DNA of 64,000 nucleotides from Xylographa opegraphella (Eukaryota): NCBI GenBank assembly GCA_022813865.1, contig JALDZX010000059.1, positions 1 to 64,000 of the forward strand, read 5' to 3'. Shown piece by piece: positions 63,250 to 64,000 of this stretch (position 1 is its first letter; each line of letters starts with the position of its first letter). The notes under the pieces were generated by a model. It saw only the letters and a program-made list of their open reading frames with translations, ran no database searches and was not told where the DNA came from. The position numbers and the translations under genes were made by a program.

Positions 63250-64000
63250 CTCTGCATAGACGTGTAGGCGTGCATAGGCTTTCAGGAGAGAGTTGCACAT
63301 CGTGCCAGCGGTTCAAGCAATTCAAGGATAATACCAGACGTCGTCAATAGTCCAGAGCGAAGAACGCGACACTCTATCGTGTGACGATTAGATCAATTTA
63401 AGTGTCCTTTCTGTGTACCTCGACGCCTCTCCGCGTCTCCGCAGGCTCCAATGCTGACGGAGGTGGATTTGCTTTCCCTAGCGTCATGTTCGTGAGGTAA
63501 GGTGGGTTCTTGCTCAAAAGCACCTACATTCCAGTAGCTCAAGATGCGGTCATTACTGCTCCATATGATCAAGTCTTCAGCATAGTTGACTCAAACCCTC
63601 GTCCCAAACCGGCACTGTCTTCATGTCTAACCGGTCGGATGACGCCCTGGATGTGGCGCCACAAACATAATACCTTTAGGTAGGAGTGGTCTGCTGTTCG
63701 AGATACTGTAGTGGTACCTGAGATAGCACATCCTTCGCAGCACGTCCGGTCATGGGACTTCCATGTGGTGCAAACATCTCGACTTCACCCTTACGAGCTA
63801 GGGCGAGATAGCCCAGTCATGGATCCAAGCACTAACGAACCTCGCCTCGACGTAGCGTCGCACCAAGTATACCGGACGCGCAGCCAGCCTCCAGGAGAGT
63901 TTGGCGTTAGGTCCCTTGGGGTAAGAAGGTAGCGTACTAAGGTAGGTAAGTCAGACGCTAGCCTGCACCTTATCTACCGGAGCTTGCGCTCCTCACCCCG

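Overview
A gene-dense, intron-containing region of a filamentous ascomycete genome (Pezizomycotina, inferred from gene content, short GT-AG introns and RIP-type repeat decay; the finer taxon cannot be determined). Two AT-rich islands of RIP-degraded, nested transposons lie at about 1-979 and 5683-9520. They include inverted copies of one LTR element that bracket PRP46 and ORC1. The rest is mostly conserved housekeeping and regulatory genes: OPI3, RXT2, a MATA-type HMG-box factor, PSF1, a VSB1-like SLC26/STAS/cNMP transporter, a Meu6-like PH protein, CPC1/GCN4, MDM1, a C2H2 zinc-finger factor, an SVIP-like small protein, PRP5, a mitochondrial HMG protein, KIN1, a GPATCH1-like gene, WHI2, CAF40/RCD1, a HET-domain gene and RPL9. 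Most interesting candidates: (1) a five-intron transcript at 35.9-36.7 kb, absent from the ORF track, whose hairpin-rich introns splice in frame to a 32-aa micropeptide; (2) WHI2 with a cpc-1-like leader of two uORFs plus a 173-codon AUG-free in-frame extension carrying a PPxY motif; (3) a HET-domain protein with a mitochondrial presequence-like N-terminus; (4) a lipid-anchored SHP+VIM Cdc48 adaptor candidate; (5) a possible LTR-mediated inversion of PRP46-ORC1. Gene identities come from motif recognition, not database searches. Exon boundaries were read by eye.
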